This document shows positions 52,246 through 63,092 of a DNA stretch of 64,000 nt, one piece after another. Made by a program: the position numbers and the translations under genes. The notes under the pieces were generated by a model, which was not told the origin of the DNA, did no database searches, and saw nothing but the letters and a program-made list of their open reading frames with translations. This DNA is from Nitrospirota bacterium (lineage in GTDB: Bacteria > Nitrospirota > UBA9217), in the NCBI GenBank assembly GCA_963754875.1, contig CAVWHO010000005.1, positions 1 through 64,000 on the forward strand. The letters are read 5' to 3'. Each line of letters begins with the position of its first letter. Position 1 is the first letter of the stretch.

Positions 52246-52557
52246 TTATTTTTTCAGGGTCATTCCCAGTTTCTGCTCCACCGACTCGAGTTTCTTTTCT
52301 ATCCGAAATTCTTTACCTTTGCGATCGTCAATCGTAATTGTCGTCACTGCACGCTCCGAACTGGTCATCACGACATCATGACATTTCTTCACGACTGCCA
52401 TGACGGCGTCCCACTCACCCTCAAGAACAGTTCCCATAGGATTAGCCTTGTACTGAATGCCACTTTCTGCTACGATTTTGAGTACCTTTGCAATCTGCGG
52501 ACTAATACTCACGCCTACACCAATGGGTACCACACTGAACGCTACAAGCATACTCAT
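52246..52557 (-). CDS. MTH1187 family thiamine-binding protein
   Basis: FSVVPIG, PMGTVLEGEWD, IDDR. Confidence 0.9.
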   Translation of the reverse strand: MSMLVAFSVVPIGVGVSISPQIAKVLKIVAESGIQYKANPMGTVLEGEWDAVMAVVKKCHDVVMTSSERAVTTITIDDRKGKEFRIEKKLESVEQKLGMTLKK

Positions 52558-53153
52558 TCATCTGCTCCTTTCTCCGCTGGGTGACAACAGAATAGTACGC
52601 TGACTGCAGCAACATTATTATTCTCCCCTTACTCAAAGTATAGCCCCGCTTGCAGCCGATGTAAAGCGGGCAACAACGTGTTATTCCATCGAAAATCACG
52701 GTTGTCTGTGACATAATTTGCGCTGATTGCAAATATCTTTCCAAGACGCACAAGAACAACCATGCCTGTCAACTATCCCGAACAAAGGCCCCCTAAATGA
52801 TACGTCCCGTAAATGGAAATCCTCGGTCATTCCCCTCCTCGCTTACCTTCTTACCTTCCGCACCATTGCGTTCTTGCAGGAGCCGACATTCTCCCCGTCT
52901 GCTCGCGGTATACTTGCGGTATACTAGAATATATATTATATATGGTGAAGTCTTGACGCGCATAACCGGGAGCGTGTCCTTTCTATACGGCAAAGAGACC
53001 TTTTCCAGGCAGTTTCCTGAAATTCTTATTGCTGGATGTTGCCGCCATCTCTTTGAAAGAGCCTGCTTGAAGAGGCCCACGCTGCTACAGTTCGGCCTAC
53101 GACCATGCGGTGTTGGTTTGCCGCCATCAATGACCACACAAGGAGGTTTAACT

Positions 53154-53549
53154 ATGAAGTTGGCAATGCTCATCTTGACCATGACACTGTTCATCGTCCC
53201 AGGCCCGTTTGTGTCGTACTCGGCGGAAAATGAACGCGCAGCCTCGGCGCAGCAACTGTCGCAGGAAAAGGAAAAATACGAACGAACCATGGAAGAGCGG
53301 CTGTCGAAACTTGACAAGCAACTCGACGAGATGAAGGCCAAGGCTGCCGTTATGACGGAGCAGGCCCGCAAAGACATGAAGCGGTACCTTGCCGATGCAG
53401 AGAAGAAGCAAAAAACGGCCTCGCGGAAGCTTCAGGAAATTCGGAAAGAATCAGGCGAGAAGTGGAAAAAATTTGCTGCCGAGATGGATGCGGCAGCGGA
53501 TGATTTTGCGAAGGCCTACGAACGGGCGAAATCTCACTTTAAGGACTGA
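53154..53549 (+). CDS. Secreted coiled-coil hypothetical protein
   Basis: AAGGAGG RBS, signal peptide, K/E-rich helices. Confidence 0.75.
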   Translation: MKLAMLILTMTLFIVPGPFVSYSAENERAASAQQLSQEKEKYERTMEERLSKLDKQLDEMKAKAAVMTEQARKDMKRYLADAEKKQKTASRKLQEIRKESGEKWKKFAAEMDAAADDFAKAYERAKSHFKD

Positions 53550-53583
53550 CCCAACCCACTGAGGCCTTTCCTAAGTAAAATCC

Positions 53584-53612
53584 TTGACATTTCGTCTCCC
53601 AGTTGTTAATTT
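53584..53612 (+). promoter_or_regulatory. Sigma70-like promoter of prfC
   Basis: TTGACA-17 nt-TAATTT with a TG extension. Confidence 0.5.
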
Positions 53613-53648
53613 ACAGGTCTTGCCCGAAAAGGGGCAAGCTTTTAAAAC

Positions 53649-55253
53649 GTGGATTACTCAGACGAAATAAGCAAGCGGCGCACCTTTGCCATCATCAGCC
53701 ATCCCGACGCGGGAAAGACCACGCTCACCGAAAAGTTCCTGCTCTTCGGCGGCGCGATCCAGGTGGCCGGCGCGGTCAAGTCGAACAAGATCCGGAAGAG
53801 TACCTCCTCCGACTTCATGGACATCGAGCGCCAGCGCGGCATCTCCGTTGCCACGTCGGTCATGGGTTTCGACTACAACGGCCTTAAGATCAACCTGCTC
53901 GACACGCCGGGCCACAAGGATTTCGCCGAGGACACGTACCGGACGCTGACGGCCGTGGACAGCGTCATTCTCGTGGTAGACTGCGTAAAGGGCGTGGAAG
54001 AGCAGACCCTCCGGCTCATGGAAGTCTGCCGCATGCGCAAGACGCCGGTCATCATCTTCGTGAACAAGCTCGACCGCGAAGGCAAGAATCCCTTCGAGCT
54101 TCTGGACGAACTGGAAACCAAGCTGAACATCCACGTTCAGCCGCTCTCGTGGCCCATCAGCATGGGCACTTCCTTCAAGGGCGTGTATAACCTCTATAAC
54201 AACAGCCTCTACCTTTTCCGTCCCGGCGGCGTCACGGTCGCGACGGACGTCCTCGAGGTCAAAGGCATTGGCGATCCGATGCTGGACCAGCAGTTAGGCG
54301 ATTATGCGGCCAAGCTCCGGGAGGACGTGGAACTGATCGAAGGCACGCACAATCCGTTCGATGTGAACGCGTATCTTTCGGGAGATCTCGCGCCGGTCTT
54401 CTTCGGGAGCGCCATCAACAACTTCGGCGTCAAAGAGCTCCTCGATACCTTCACCCAGATCGCGCCCACTCCCGGAAGCCGCCCCACGGACCAGCGCATC
54501 GTGAGCGCTGACGAGAAGGACTTTACCGGTTTCGTGTTCAAGATCCACGCGAACCTGGACCCCCGTCACCGCGACCGCATCGCCTTCATCCGCGTCTGTT
54601 CCGGCAAGTTCGAACGGAACAAGATGTTCCTTCACGTGCGTCTCGGCAAAAACATCCGCTTCACGAGCCCGGCCAGCTTTCTGGGGGCCAGGAAGAGCAT
54701 CGTCGATGAAGCTTTTCCCGGCGACGTGATCGGCTTGTACGACACGGGGAACTTCAAGATCGGCGACACGCTCACCGAGGGAGAGAAGCTGATGTTCCAG
54801 GGCATCCCGACCTTTTCCCCCGAAGTGTTCAAGGAGCTCGTGAACACGGACCCGGGCAAGTCGAAGCAGCTTTCAAAGGGCATCGAACAGTTGACCGACG
54901 AAGGCGTTGCCCAGCTCTTCACCCAGCAGCAGGGAAACCGGAAGATCGTCGGCACCGTGGGCCAGCTCCAGTTCGATGTGCTCCAATACCGCCTGGAGCA
55001 CGAGTACGGCGCCAAATGCCGGTTCGACCAGATGTCCATTTACAAGGCCTGCTGGATCACCGCGAGCGATGAAAAGGAAATGGATAAGTTTTGCCGGTTT
55101 AAATCGGACCGCATTGCAACGGACAAGGACGGCAATATCGTCTTTCTCGCCGAATCGGAATGGGTATTGCGGAACATGATCGAAGCCTACCCCGAGGTTA
55201 AGTTTCACTTTACCTCGGAGTTCAAGAGGGAAATGCTGGAAGTAAAGAAATAG
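53649..55253 (+). CDS. prfC: Peptide chain release factor 3
   Basis: [32 protein letters not shown]. Confidence 0.98.
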   Translation: MDYSDEISKRRTFAIISHPDAGKTTLTEKFLLFGGAIQVAGAVKSNKIRKSTSSDFMDIERQRGISVATSVMGFDYNGLKINLLDTPGHKDFAEDTYRTLTAVDSVILVVDCVKGVEEQTLRLMEVCRMRKTPVIIFVNKLDREGKNPFELLDELETKLNIHVQPLSWPISMGTSFKGVYNLYNNSLYLFRPGGVTVATDVLEVKGIGDPMLDQQLGDYAAKLREDVELIEGTHNPFDVNAYLSGDLAPVFFGSAINNFGVKELLDTFTQIAPTPGSRPTDQRIVSADEKDFTGFVFKIHANLDPRHRDRIAFIRVCSGKFERNKMFLHVRLGKNIRFTSPASFLGARKSIVDEAFPGDVIGLYDTGNFKIGDTLTEGEKLMFQGIPTFSPEVFKELVNTDPGKSKQLSKGIEQLTDEGVAQLFTQQQGNRKIVGTVGQLQFDVLQYRLEHEYGAKCRFDQMSIYKACWITASDEKEMDKFCRFKSDRIATDKDGNIVFLAESEWVLRNMIEAYPEVKFHFTSEFKREMLEVKK

Positions 55254-55310
55254 CCGGGCAGGGTAAAGCCGCCCGCTCCCGAAGAGATCATGTCAAACTT
55301 TCCTCCAACC

Positions 55311-55766
55311 TTACTGCCTTTTTTTAATATACACCGTCTTCTCAATCGCAGCATGTACAACACCTTCCGCATCCACGAGTTCAACGCGATACATCCGTTC
55401 AACTGACAGCAACGTGGCGAGAGCGGCCTTGATGGCTTTAAGCTCTTCATGGGTAATGACGAACTTTGTGAAGAGCGTAGTGGTCCCGGGTTTTTTAAAG
55501 CGGATCGATGCCGCTTTGTCCCACACAACGTAGTCCGGGCCAAGGATCTTGATAAGCATCACCATATAGATCGGGTCAACGGCACCGTACATACTCCCGC
55601 CGTAAATCGTGCCGACGTAGTTTCGCGTCCGCCAGTTAAGCGGCAGTTTGACGCGGACTTCGCGCCAGTCGCCGGCGATATAGGTGATTCGCCCGCCCGT
55701 CCCTCGGTACGCCGGGAATAAGTTAAAACCCCAGCGCACGATCTTTGTTTTGATTGATTCGGGCAT
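55311..55766 (-). CDS. DUF4442/YiiD-C hotdog-fold protein
   Basis: NYVGTIYGGS, DPIYM, VWDK...FKKPG. Confidence 0.85.
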   Translation of the reverse strand: MPESIKTKIVRWGFNLFPAYRGTGGRITYIAGDWREVRVKLPLNWRTRNYVGTIYGGSMYGAVDPIYMVMLIKILGPDYVVWDKAASIRFKKPGTTTLFTKFVITHEELKAIKAALATLLSVERMYRVELVDAEGVVHAAIEKTVYIKKRQ

Positions 55767-56082
55767 GCCGTACGATTCCTCCGCCAACAGGGCCGGAGCG
55801 TTTTTATTCCAGCTTCCTGTTCCATTTTACCGCAAGCCCTTCCCCATTACAATCTTTGCCAACGAGGATCCCAGCCAGTCCACCAGCCCGTTATCCGCTT
55901 GATTTTACACTATGACGATGATATGCTGTCTCCATCCTAGTCCCGTGAAAGTTCAGGAGCCGTCATCGCACGACATGAGCTATCGGCGCCTGTGATTTGC
56001 CTTGTTCTCTATCCTGTCCGGAGGAGGGAGGCATCGGACGGCGCTCCAGAAAAAACTCTTCGCGGTCGCCTTCGTACAACCT

Positions 56083-56772
56083 ATGCTCATCGAATATTTA
56101 AAGAACATACCGCTTTTCAAACACCTCAAGGATTCTCAGCTGAAAGAAATTGCCGCACGTTGCAAGAGTGCCCGGTACAAAAAGGGCGACGTGATCTTTC
56201 ACAAAACCGACCTGAGCACGGACCTGTACATCGTGAATTCGGGGAAGCTGAAAGCACTTCTGATTGATGAAGAAGGCGACGAGATCGTGCTGGCGCAATT
56301 CGAAAAAGGCGCGTTCTTCGGAGAACTCAGCCTGCTCGACGGGAAAGGGAGATCCGCCACGATCGTGGCGGAAAAGGAAGCCGAACTATCCATCTTAAAA
56401 AAAGAACTGTTCTTCGACCTGCTCTATAAAGAGCCCCGGATCGCTGTTGAACTTATGGCGACGCTCGTCGATAGGCTCCGGAAGGCCGACGAAATGATCG
56501 AATCCCTGGCCTTCCTCGAAGTCGGCGAGCGGCTGATCAAATCGTTGCTCGAGCATGCGGCTCCGGTCGACGGCGACGGGCCTTCGCGCGGCTACCTCAA
56601 GGCGGGGAAACTGACGCACAAGGAACTGGCTGCACGCATCGGCTCGTCCCGCGAGGCCGTGTCCAAGTGCCTCAAAGTGCTCATGGCAAAGGCCATCGTA
56701 AAAGAAGCAGACGGCAATGTTCTGATAGCGCGCAATGCGCTCGAACGCCTCAAGGAACATGAGCGAGGCTAA
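56083..56772 (+). CDS. Crp/Fnr family regulator (cNMP-binding)
   Basis: IPLF, FFGELSLLD..RSA, HTH THKELAARIGSSREAVS. Confidence 0.93.
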   Translation: MLIEYLKNIPLFKHLKDSQLKEIAARCKSARYKKGDVIFHKTDLSTDLYIVNSGKLKALLIDEEGDEIVLAQFEKGAFFGELSLLDGKGRSATIVAEKEAELSILKKELFFDLLYKEPRIAVELMATLVDRLRKADEMIESLAFLEVGERLIKSLLEHAAPVDGDGPSRGYLKAGKLTHKELAARIGSSREAVSKCLKVLMAKAIVKEADGNVLIARNALERLKEHERG

Positions 56773-56909
56773 GCGGGGGACGGTTTATTGTTTGCCGTCG
56801 TCCGTCCGCTGTAATTACTCCTCCCCTGTTTCGTTCCGAAGAAATTAATCTTCATCGGTTTTTCCGCCCATTGCCGCCGTACTTCAAGTCAATTCATTTA
56901 AATACAATT

Positions 56910-57046
56910 TTGACAAAGTCGTAAAAAGACAGAATGTGTCACCCCGAACGAAGAGAGGGGTCTTTCCACCGATTGAGAAACCAAGATTTCTCACTTCGTT
57001 CGAAATGACAAAGAGGGTCTTGTTCGGCTTTTTACGAGTACATCAA
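56910..57046. repeat. Nested inverted-repeat element (MITE/REP-like)
   Basis: Outer TTGACAAAGTCGTAAAAAG / CTTTTTACGAGTACATCAA; inner TGTCACCCCGAACGAAG / CTTCGTTCGAAATGACA. Confidence 0.7.
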
Positions 57047-57058
57047 TTTTGCATAAAC

Positions 57059-57092
57059 AAAAAAAGCCCTCCCAACTGCGGGAGGGCTTTTT
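57059..57092. terminator. Bidirectional terminator between crp and trpB2
   Basis: AAAAAGCCCTCCC...GGGAGGGCTTTTT. Confidence 0.85.
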
Positions 57093-57110
57093 ATCGGTGG
57101 AGGAACGTTC

Positions 57111-58469
57111 TTAGATCTTCGGCAATTTTTCGAGAGCCTTCTTGATATCTTCTTCAGGATGCTCGTGGTCGAACAGTTTACCTTCCCGGTAATCGGCATA
57201 GGCCTGTAAATCGAGGTACCCGTGGCCGGAGAGGTTGAAGAGGATGGTCTTCTGTTTGCCCTCTTCCTTTGCGCGGAGCGCCTCGTCGATCGCCGCCCTG
57301 ACCGCGTGGGAGCTCTCGGGCGCCGGTATGATCGACTCGGTCCCGGCGAACAGCACTGCCGCCTCAAAGCACTTTGTCTGGCCATAGGCCCTGGCTTCGA
57401 TGATCTTGTCGTGATAGAGCTGGGACACGAGCGGCGAGTCGCCGTGGTAGCGGAGACCGCCGGCATGGATGCCCGAAGGCATGAAATCGTGGCCCAGGGT
57501 GTACATGGTCATGAGCGGCGTCATTCCTGCCACGTCCCCGAAGTCGTAGCAGAACTCTCCCTTGGTGAGTGTGGGGCATGACGTGGGCTCCACCGCGATC
57601 GCGCGAAGGTCCTTCTTCTTGCCGGAGAGCTTATCATGCAGGAAGGGGAATGCGATCCCCGCGAAGTTGCTCCCGCCGCCGCAGCACGCGATCACCACAT
57701 CGGGATAATCGCCGGCGATCTCAAGCTGCTTCTTGGCCTCCTGGCCGATCACGGACTGGTGCAGGCACACGTGGTTCAAGACCGATCCCAGCGCGTAGTT
57801 CGTATCATCGTGCGTGGCCGCGTCCTCGACCGCCTCGGAGATGGCGATGCCGAGGCTCCCCGTGTTGTTCGGGTCCAGCTCGAGGATCTTCCTGCCCGCG
57901 TTCGTCACCGTTGACGGGCTCGCGTGCACGGTGGCGCCCCAGGTTTCCATCATCATCCTGCGGTAGGGCTTCTGGCCGAAGCTTACCTTCACCATGTAGA
58001 CCGTGACGTCGAGTCCGAAGAGCTTGCCTGCGAGTGCCATGGAGGAGCCCCACTGGCCTGCGCCGGTCTCGGTTGCAATGCGCTTGATGCCCGCCTTTTT
58101 GTTGTAGAAGGCCTGCGGAATGGACGTGTTCGGCTTGTGGCTGCCCGCCGGGCTCACGCCTTCATATTTATAGTAGATCTTTGCCGGCGTGTTGAGCGCC
58201 TTCTCAAGCCGGTGCGCCCGAAAAAGCGGCGACGGCCGCCACAGTGTATAGATGTCGAGGACTTCTTCAGGAATATCGATCCAGCGTTCCTGGCTCACTT
58301 CCTGAAGGATGAGGTCCATGGGAAAGATAGGCTTGAGGTCATCGGGCCCAATCGGCTGCTTTGTCCCCGGATGGAGCGGCGGCTTGGGCTTGTTCGGCAT
58401 GTCCGCCATGATATTGTACCACTTGGTCGGGATTTCCTTGTCAGAGAGAACGATCTTGGTCTGTCTCAT
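57111..58469 (-). CDS. trpB2: TrpB2 (TrpB-like PLP enzyme)
   Basis: [41 protein letters not shown]. Confidence 0.95.
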   Translation of the reverse strand: MRQTKIVLSDKEIPTKWYNIMADMPNKPKPPLHPGTKQPIGPDDLKPIFPMDLILQEVSQERWIDIPEEVLDIYTLWRPSPLFRAHRLEKALNTPAKIYYKYEGVSPAGSHKPNTSIPQAFYNKKAGIKRIATETGAGQWGSSMALAGKLFGLDVTVYMVKVSFGQKPYRRMMMETWGATVHASPSTVTNAGRKILELDPNNTGSLGIAISEAVEDAATHDDTNYALGSVLNHVCLHQSVIGQEAKKQLEIAGDYPDVVIACCGGGSNFAGIAFPFLHDKLSGKKKDLRAIAVEPTSCPTLTKGEFCYDFGDVAGMTPLMTMYTLGHDFMPSGIHAGGLRYHGDSPLVSQLYHDKIIEARAYGQTKCFEAAVLFAGTESIIPAPESSHAVRAAIDEALRAKEEGKQKTILFNLSGHGYLDLQAYADYREGKLFDHEHPEEDIKKALEKLPKI

Positions 58470-58699
58470 ACCTTCCTCCTGCGTAGTAAGGTCAGATATT
58501 CATGCATCGAAGTGGCGTTATTCTAAACTATTTTTAAAAGTTCCACAACATTTTTTAGCAGATGGAGAAATACTGACTTTCACTTGGTAAGGAGATGAGG
58601 CCTTGAGTTCGCTGAGCATCGGATCAACTCTTTCGCGCGGCCGGTCGCGGTCCCAAATCCACGAAGCGGACCAGTCCGGACATCAAGGCACAGTGCCGA

Positions 58700-58975
58700 T
58701 TACAAACCGATCGAGAACATACTCTCCAGATCGTGGCGGGAATGGACCCGGAAGGCCACGAGCGTCTCAGACGTCAGGATCCCTTCCACTTTCAGCATAT
58801 GGTTCGTCACGACTTCCGCAAGCTGGTCATTGTCCTTCACGCGAATAATGACCGCCAGATCATATCGTCCGGCCAAAGAATAGACTTCGGTGATCCCCTC
58901 CAAATCGGCCAGCGTTTCAGCCAGGTCGTTCACCTTGTCCCGGGCGACCGTCAATAGCACCAGAGCAGTAACCAT
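58700..58975 (-). CDS. Lrp/AsnC ligand-binding domain protein
   Basis: MVTALVL, EVYSLAGRYDL, SETLVAF. Confidence 0.88.
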   Translation of the reverse strand: MVTALVLLTVARDKVNDLAETLADLEGITEVYSLAGRYDLAVIIRVKDNDQLAEVVTNHMLKVEGILTSETLVAFRVHSRHDLESMFSIGL

Positions 58976-59044
58976 GATGGGCCTCCTGTACGCGTAATGT
59001 TCTCAAGTATATCAGATGTTTTATTATTGGGCCAATAAATAGGG

Positions 59045-59959
59045 TCAGGCAGTATTGCATCTCGGGTCCGGCGCGAGGAGGTTGTTTGTGAGAAAAAGAC
59101 TGTGGGCTGGACAGCCTCCATGGCACTGTGCATGATGACGGCACGCTATCTGTGGGCATGCATTCGTGGCCGGACTGCGGAAATAGGCGAGTGCCTGATG
59201 TTGCCAGATGTCTTGAAAAGGATCGCTCAGCACATTGCCGAGAAGAAACTCCTTCTTACCGAAAAAAAGATTGCAGGGATACACGGAACCGTCCGGCATG
59301 ATCCCCAACTTCGTGGTTCCTGCAGGACAGCGGACCTCTGCAAGCTCGGGACAGCTCTCTGTGTCCGGCAGGAAACCCGAACAGAAGACCGTGCCCACCT
59401 CCGTTGAATTGAACTGTTGTTCTACGGTTGCCGCGAAGAGCGGGAATGGCACCGTCGTCTGCAGCTCACTCCAAGAGAGAGCGTCACGGTAGATAAGGTA
59501 ATATTTTTTCGGATTAAGGGAAAGAATTTCACGGATCATGCCGCGTTCGATATCCGGATTGAAGACGGATTTGACCACCGGTTTGTGTGTCTCAATAAAT
59601 CCCCTTACCTGATCGAGTGTTTCGCAGTCATTGACCGAGATGCCAACAGTTACCCGGCTCCCCATGCTCATGATTTCTTCGAGTACGTGCAGGTTCGCTC
59701 CATTCGAGCTGATGTTCACGAAAAAGCCGGAGAGCAGGGATTCGCGCACGAACGAAACGATGTCCCGATGCAAGGTCGGCTCGCCGCCGATGATGTCGAT
59801 AGTCCGGACCGCTCTTTGCTTGAGGGCAACAAGCATCGCCTGGAAATGTTCGAACGTCATGTCCGGCACGGACGGCATCGTCCGGTTGAAGCAAAAATCG
59901 CAGGATTGGTTGCATCGGAGGGTCGGGTAGAACTGTATGTAGTCGGGACCTGCTTTCAT
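59045..59959 (-). CDS. Radical SAM/SPASM protein
   Basis: CNQSCDFC, GGEP, CPAG...VYPC, C-terminal CxxxxCxGGC. Confidence 0.9.
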   Translation of the reverse strand: MKAGPDYIQFYPTLRCNQSCDFCFNRTMPSVPDMTFEHFQAMLVALKQRAVRTIDIIGGEPTLHRDIVSFVRESLLSGFFVNISSNGANLHVLEEIMSMGSRVTVGISVNDCETLDQVRGFIETHKPVVKSVFNPDIERGMIREILSLNPKKYYLIYRDALSWSELQTTVPFPLFAATVEQQFNSTEVGTVFCSGFLPDTESCPELAEVRCPAGTTKLGIMPDGSVYPCNLFFGKKEFLLGNVLSDPFQDIWQHQALAYFRSPATNACPQIACRHHAQCHGGCPAHSLFLTNNLLAPDPRCNTA

Positions 59960-60057
59960 ACTATACTATTCGAAAGGGAATGCGGAATAAAGGGCTTTAT
60001 TCCCGGGGAGGCGGGAAATCCAGTATCGTTGTCCTTGCCCTCAGTGTAAACCCCTGG

Positions 60058-60916
60058 CTAAATAAAATAAGTCTTTCCTTGTTTTTTAATAAATCCTTCC
60101 TCAGTTAACTTCGCGAGGTTAGCCTTCACCCGCGCCGCATCCATACCTGTCTCCTTCACGATCTGCGTTGCGCTCAACTGCGGTTCAGTAACAAGGACCT
60201 TTAGGATCTTCCCTCTCACCTGCCGGTTCGAATTCTCGAACGGACTCTGGCGTGTATAGTGCGCGCTCTTGCGGTTGGGGTTGACATGCTTCTGCTTCAG
60301 CATGGTGCCGTAGTCCATAAGAGCATTGTACCATTTCCGGGGATTTCCCGCATCAATGGTCTGCTCCACGAGTGGAGTTAATTCATCATCGTGGATATTC
60401 TCGTGATCTTGAAAAAACTGATGGATGTACACCCTGCGGATGTTCGTGTCCATGAACACGACAGGCAGGTTGAAAGCAAAGGCCGCTATCGCGCCTGCAG
60501 TATACGGGCCGATGCCCGGGAGGGAGATCAGCTTTTCGGGCTCTTGGGGTAGCTTGCCTTGATGTTCAGCTACGACCTTTTGCGCAAGCGCCTTGAGTGC
60601 AAGGGCCCGACGGTTGTAGCCCATGCCCTGACCATATCCTGAGCAGTTTTGGAAGCGGTGCCTTGGCAAGGGAATGAAAATCCGGAAACCTGTCGAGGAA
60701 CTCCTGGAACTTTACGATGACGCGCTCCACCTGCGTCTGCTGGAGCATGATCTCGGAGACCAGTACGCGGTAGGGATTGAGTTTTTTGCGCCACGGGAGG
60801 TCGCGGCCCTGGGTGTCGTAGTAAGCGTAGATTTCTTTTTGGAACGCACGGGCCTGGGCAGGGGTAAGTGAGTTATTTTTTTTCGCTCGAAGGGTCGTTG
60901 TTGTCTTTCTATCCAT
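60058..60916 (-). CDS. mutY: MutY-like A/G-specific adenine glycosylase (HhH-GPD); frameshift at ~60630
   Basis: RDLPWR, VSEIMLQQT, GMGYNRRA, LPGIGPYTA, DTNIRR. Confidence 0.85.
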
Positions 60917-61127
60917 AATATTTTCGGTCTTCCGGATTTTCCACGGTCTCCGAGCGCGGCCATAGGCCATAAACGAAGCGCGCGAGAAGAAAAACAAGAA
61001 TTTTTCTTTAATAGAAGACTTCACTCCTTTGCGTCCCTGGTGCCTTCGCCGTAATATTCCTCGCTTTTGAGCTTTTTCACGGATGCCCCGGAAGAATCAC
61101 ATCCTCCCGGGGTGAACGAGGGAAGGC

Positions 61128-61786
61128 TTATTTTTTTCTCAGGAGCACATACAGCGCGCCGAGGCCGCCGTCGCACTGGCGCGCGGTCACGTAGGCGATG
61201 ATGTCTTTGCGGAAATGGCCGGACAGTCTTTTCACGACCGCGTCCTTCAGCCGGGCGCCCTTGACCGAGCGAAGGCCGCGGCCGTGGATGATCTTGATGC
61301 AGCCCAGGCCCTTTTTCAGGGAGTCCGCTATGAAGTCGTCTAGTTCTTCCTCTGCTTCGGGAACAGATGACACCCGTGAAGATCGAGATATGCCTGGACC
61401 GAAAACCGCCCCTCGTGAAGGCTCTGGATGATATCATCGCGAAACGCGGGATGAATCCACTCGACATATTCCTGCGTATCGGGCAGATGGATCGGCAGCA
61501 GCCCATCCGCGATGCCGCACAGTTCCGTAAACGCTTCCTGATCAGGATCGCGCGGCTCTGGTGCTGCTTTCCTGTTTCGTGGACGGGGAGCGCAGGCAAG
61601 GGAACGGAATTCTTCGATCACGAGGACGTCGTCCATCTCGCGGCTGAACAGCTCTTCGTCGGTATAGTCTTCTTTTTTCTTCTGACGCGGAGCCGGGGGT
61701 AGCGCGGCAGCATCGCGTTGCTCCATTGTTTTACGGAGATTGTCAAAAGGACGGATTGAGAACGTCGTCTTTTTGTTACTGCCCAT
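61128..61786 (-). CDS. Smr/MutS C-terminal domain protein; frameshift at ~61365
   Basis: LDLHG, IIHGRG, GGLGALYVLLR. Confidence 0.88.
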
Positions 61787-61788
61787 GG

Positions 61789-62287
61789 CGAATTATACCC
61801 CACTCATCGCCTGGAGACTACAATGTTTTGATAACTGATTGTGGCGCAGGGAATTCGAGGTGAGGTATCGGATGATATTCTAAGATCAAATCTTTAGCCG
61901 GCCTTGCGGGCCGGCAAAAAGAAATTTAGCTGCTTGCTGTGAGCTGAAACTCAGCTCATTTGGAGCTTCAGGTGGGACCGCAGTTGAGGGAGCAGACGTT
62001 CGCCGATTTTTCGTCGTCCTCAGGCTCATGGCACTTCTTATACTTCTTGCCGCTGCCGCACCAGCAGGGTTCATTCCTGCCCGGCCGCACTCGCGGCGCA
62101 CTTTCGTTCTTGCTCCTGAACAAAGCTCCCAGCTTTTCGATGATACCCATTTCGCGTGTCCTACCTCCCTGAAGATCTGATCAGCACCGGCTGAGCAACA
62201 AATTACGCACCGCAAACGGGCGCAGTATGTCGCTTCGAATTATACTCCACTCGTCGCCTGGAGACTAGAGGGTTTTGACAACTGATT
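61789..62287. repeat. 52-bp direct repeat (61789-61840 and 62236-62287) containing TATAAT on the minus strand
   Basis: CGAATTATACxCCACTCxTCGCCTGGAGACTA....GTTTTGAxAACTGATT, 46/52 identical. Confidence 0.85.
61968..62150 (-). CDS. Small SEC-C motif protein
   Basis: [26 protein letters not shown]. Confidence 0.85.
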   Translation of the reverse strand: MGIIEKLGALFRSKNESAPRVRPGRNEPCWCGSGKKYKKCHEPEDDEKSANVCSLNCGPT

Positions 62288-62621
62288 TCGGCGCGGCCAG
62301 GAAAACGGAGGTGAGTTAATCCGGGGAGAGTGAGAGGAAGTGGATGAGAAGAAAGGCAGTGTACAGCTCAAGTCACAAAATGTCATTGCGCGGAGCGTTT
62401 TCCCCTGCGCGGCAAACTCGGCCTTCACTCGCAAAGACGACAAAAAGACCTTATCTGCGGCCTACCAATTTTGAGATTCACAGAACACAGGCCAAAACAG
62501 CAGAAAGACGCATTCATGTGCGTTAATAATCGATAATAAGCAGCTTGTTTCGCGGTAAGAGCTTGCGTAATGGGAAACATGTGCTATACTATCAGCCAGG
62601 TGATTGAACAAATCGTTTATC

Positions 62622-62788
62622 AGTTTGCCTTGGGTTTTGAGAGGAGAGGTACCGTAGTATACAAAACGCCTCCATGCAACATGCGGTGTGCAAGCCCTCA
62701 CCAGCAGCAGAGAGGGTAGCCTAAAGCATCTGCTGAGGCAAAAAATTTGGAACCAGCCTCGCAAACACTCAAAACTCAAGGCACAACT
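62622..62788 (+). ncRNA. ssrS: 6S RNA-like rod-shaped RNA
   Basis: 16-bp closing stem TGCCTTGGGTTTTGAG (62626-62641)/CTCAAAACTCAAGGCA (62768-62783), A-rich central bubble, apical GGTGTGCA...AGCCTAAAG; upstream TTGCGT-16 nt-TATACT. Confidence 0.6.
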
Positions 62789-63043
62789 TTTTCCTTCTTA
62801 TGTTAGCCTCGCCTGTTATGTGACATCCAATTCCAGCCCTTTAAAAAGAGCATCTTGTTGTTATTCCCTGTTTTCAAAAAAAGAATAGCCGATTCCACTG
62901 GATAAGGGCAGCCTCACTTAACGGCCTTTTTCAGAGATGATCCGTGGACGTGTTCGCCGGCGATTGATCTGCACATTATACATACATAAAGCAGCATGGG
63001 ACTACTTCCCCGAAGTTGCCTTGTCAAAGACATTCATGCAGAC

Positions 63044-63082
63044 AAAAAAACCCATACCGAATGATCAGCATGGGTTTTTTTA
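63044..63082. terminator. Terminator downstream of rnpB
   Basis: AAAAAAACCCAT...ATGGGTTTTTTT. Confidence 0.75.
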
Positions 63083-63092
63083 AATAAAAAAA

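Noticed and set aside
55956..56047. Riboswitch upstream of the Crp/Fnr gene (GGAGCCGTC...GACGGCGCTCC)
   Set aside because: One imperfect long-range stem in GC-rich DNA; no known aptamer motifs
59045..59959. RiPP cluster around the rSAM/SPASM gene
   Set aside because: No precursor peptide, RRE, transporter or peptidase adjacent
62622..62788. Retron msr-msd (a1/a2 inverted repeats)
   Set aside because: No reverse transcriptase nearby; the shape fits 6S RNA better
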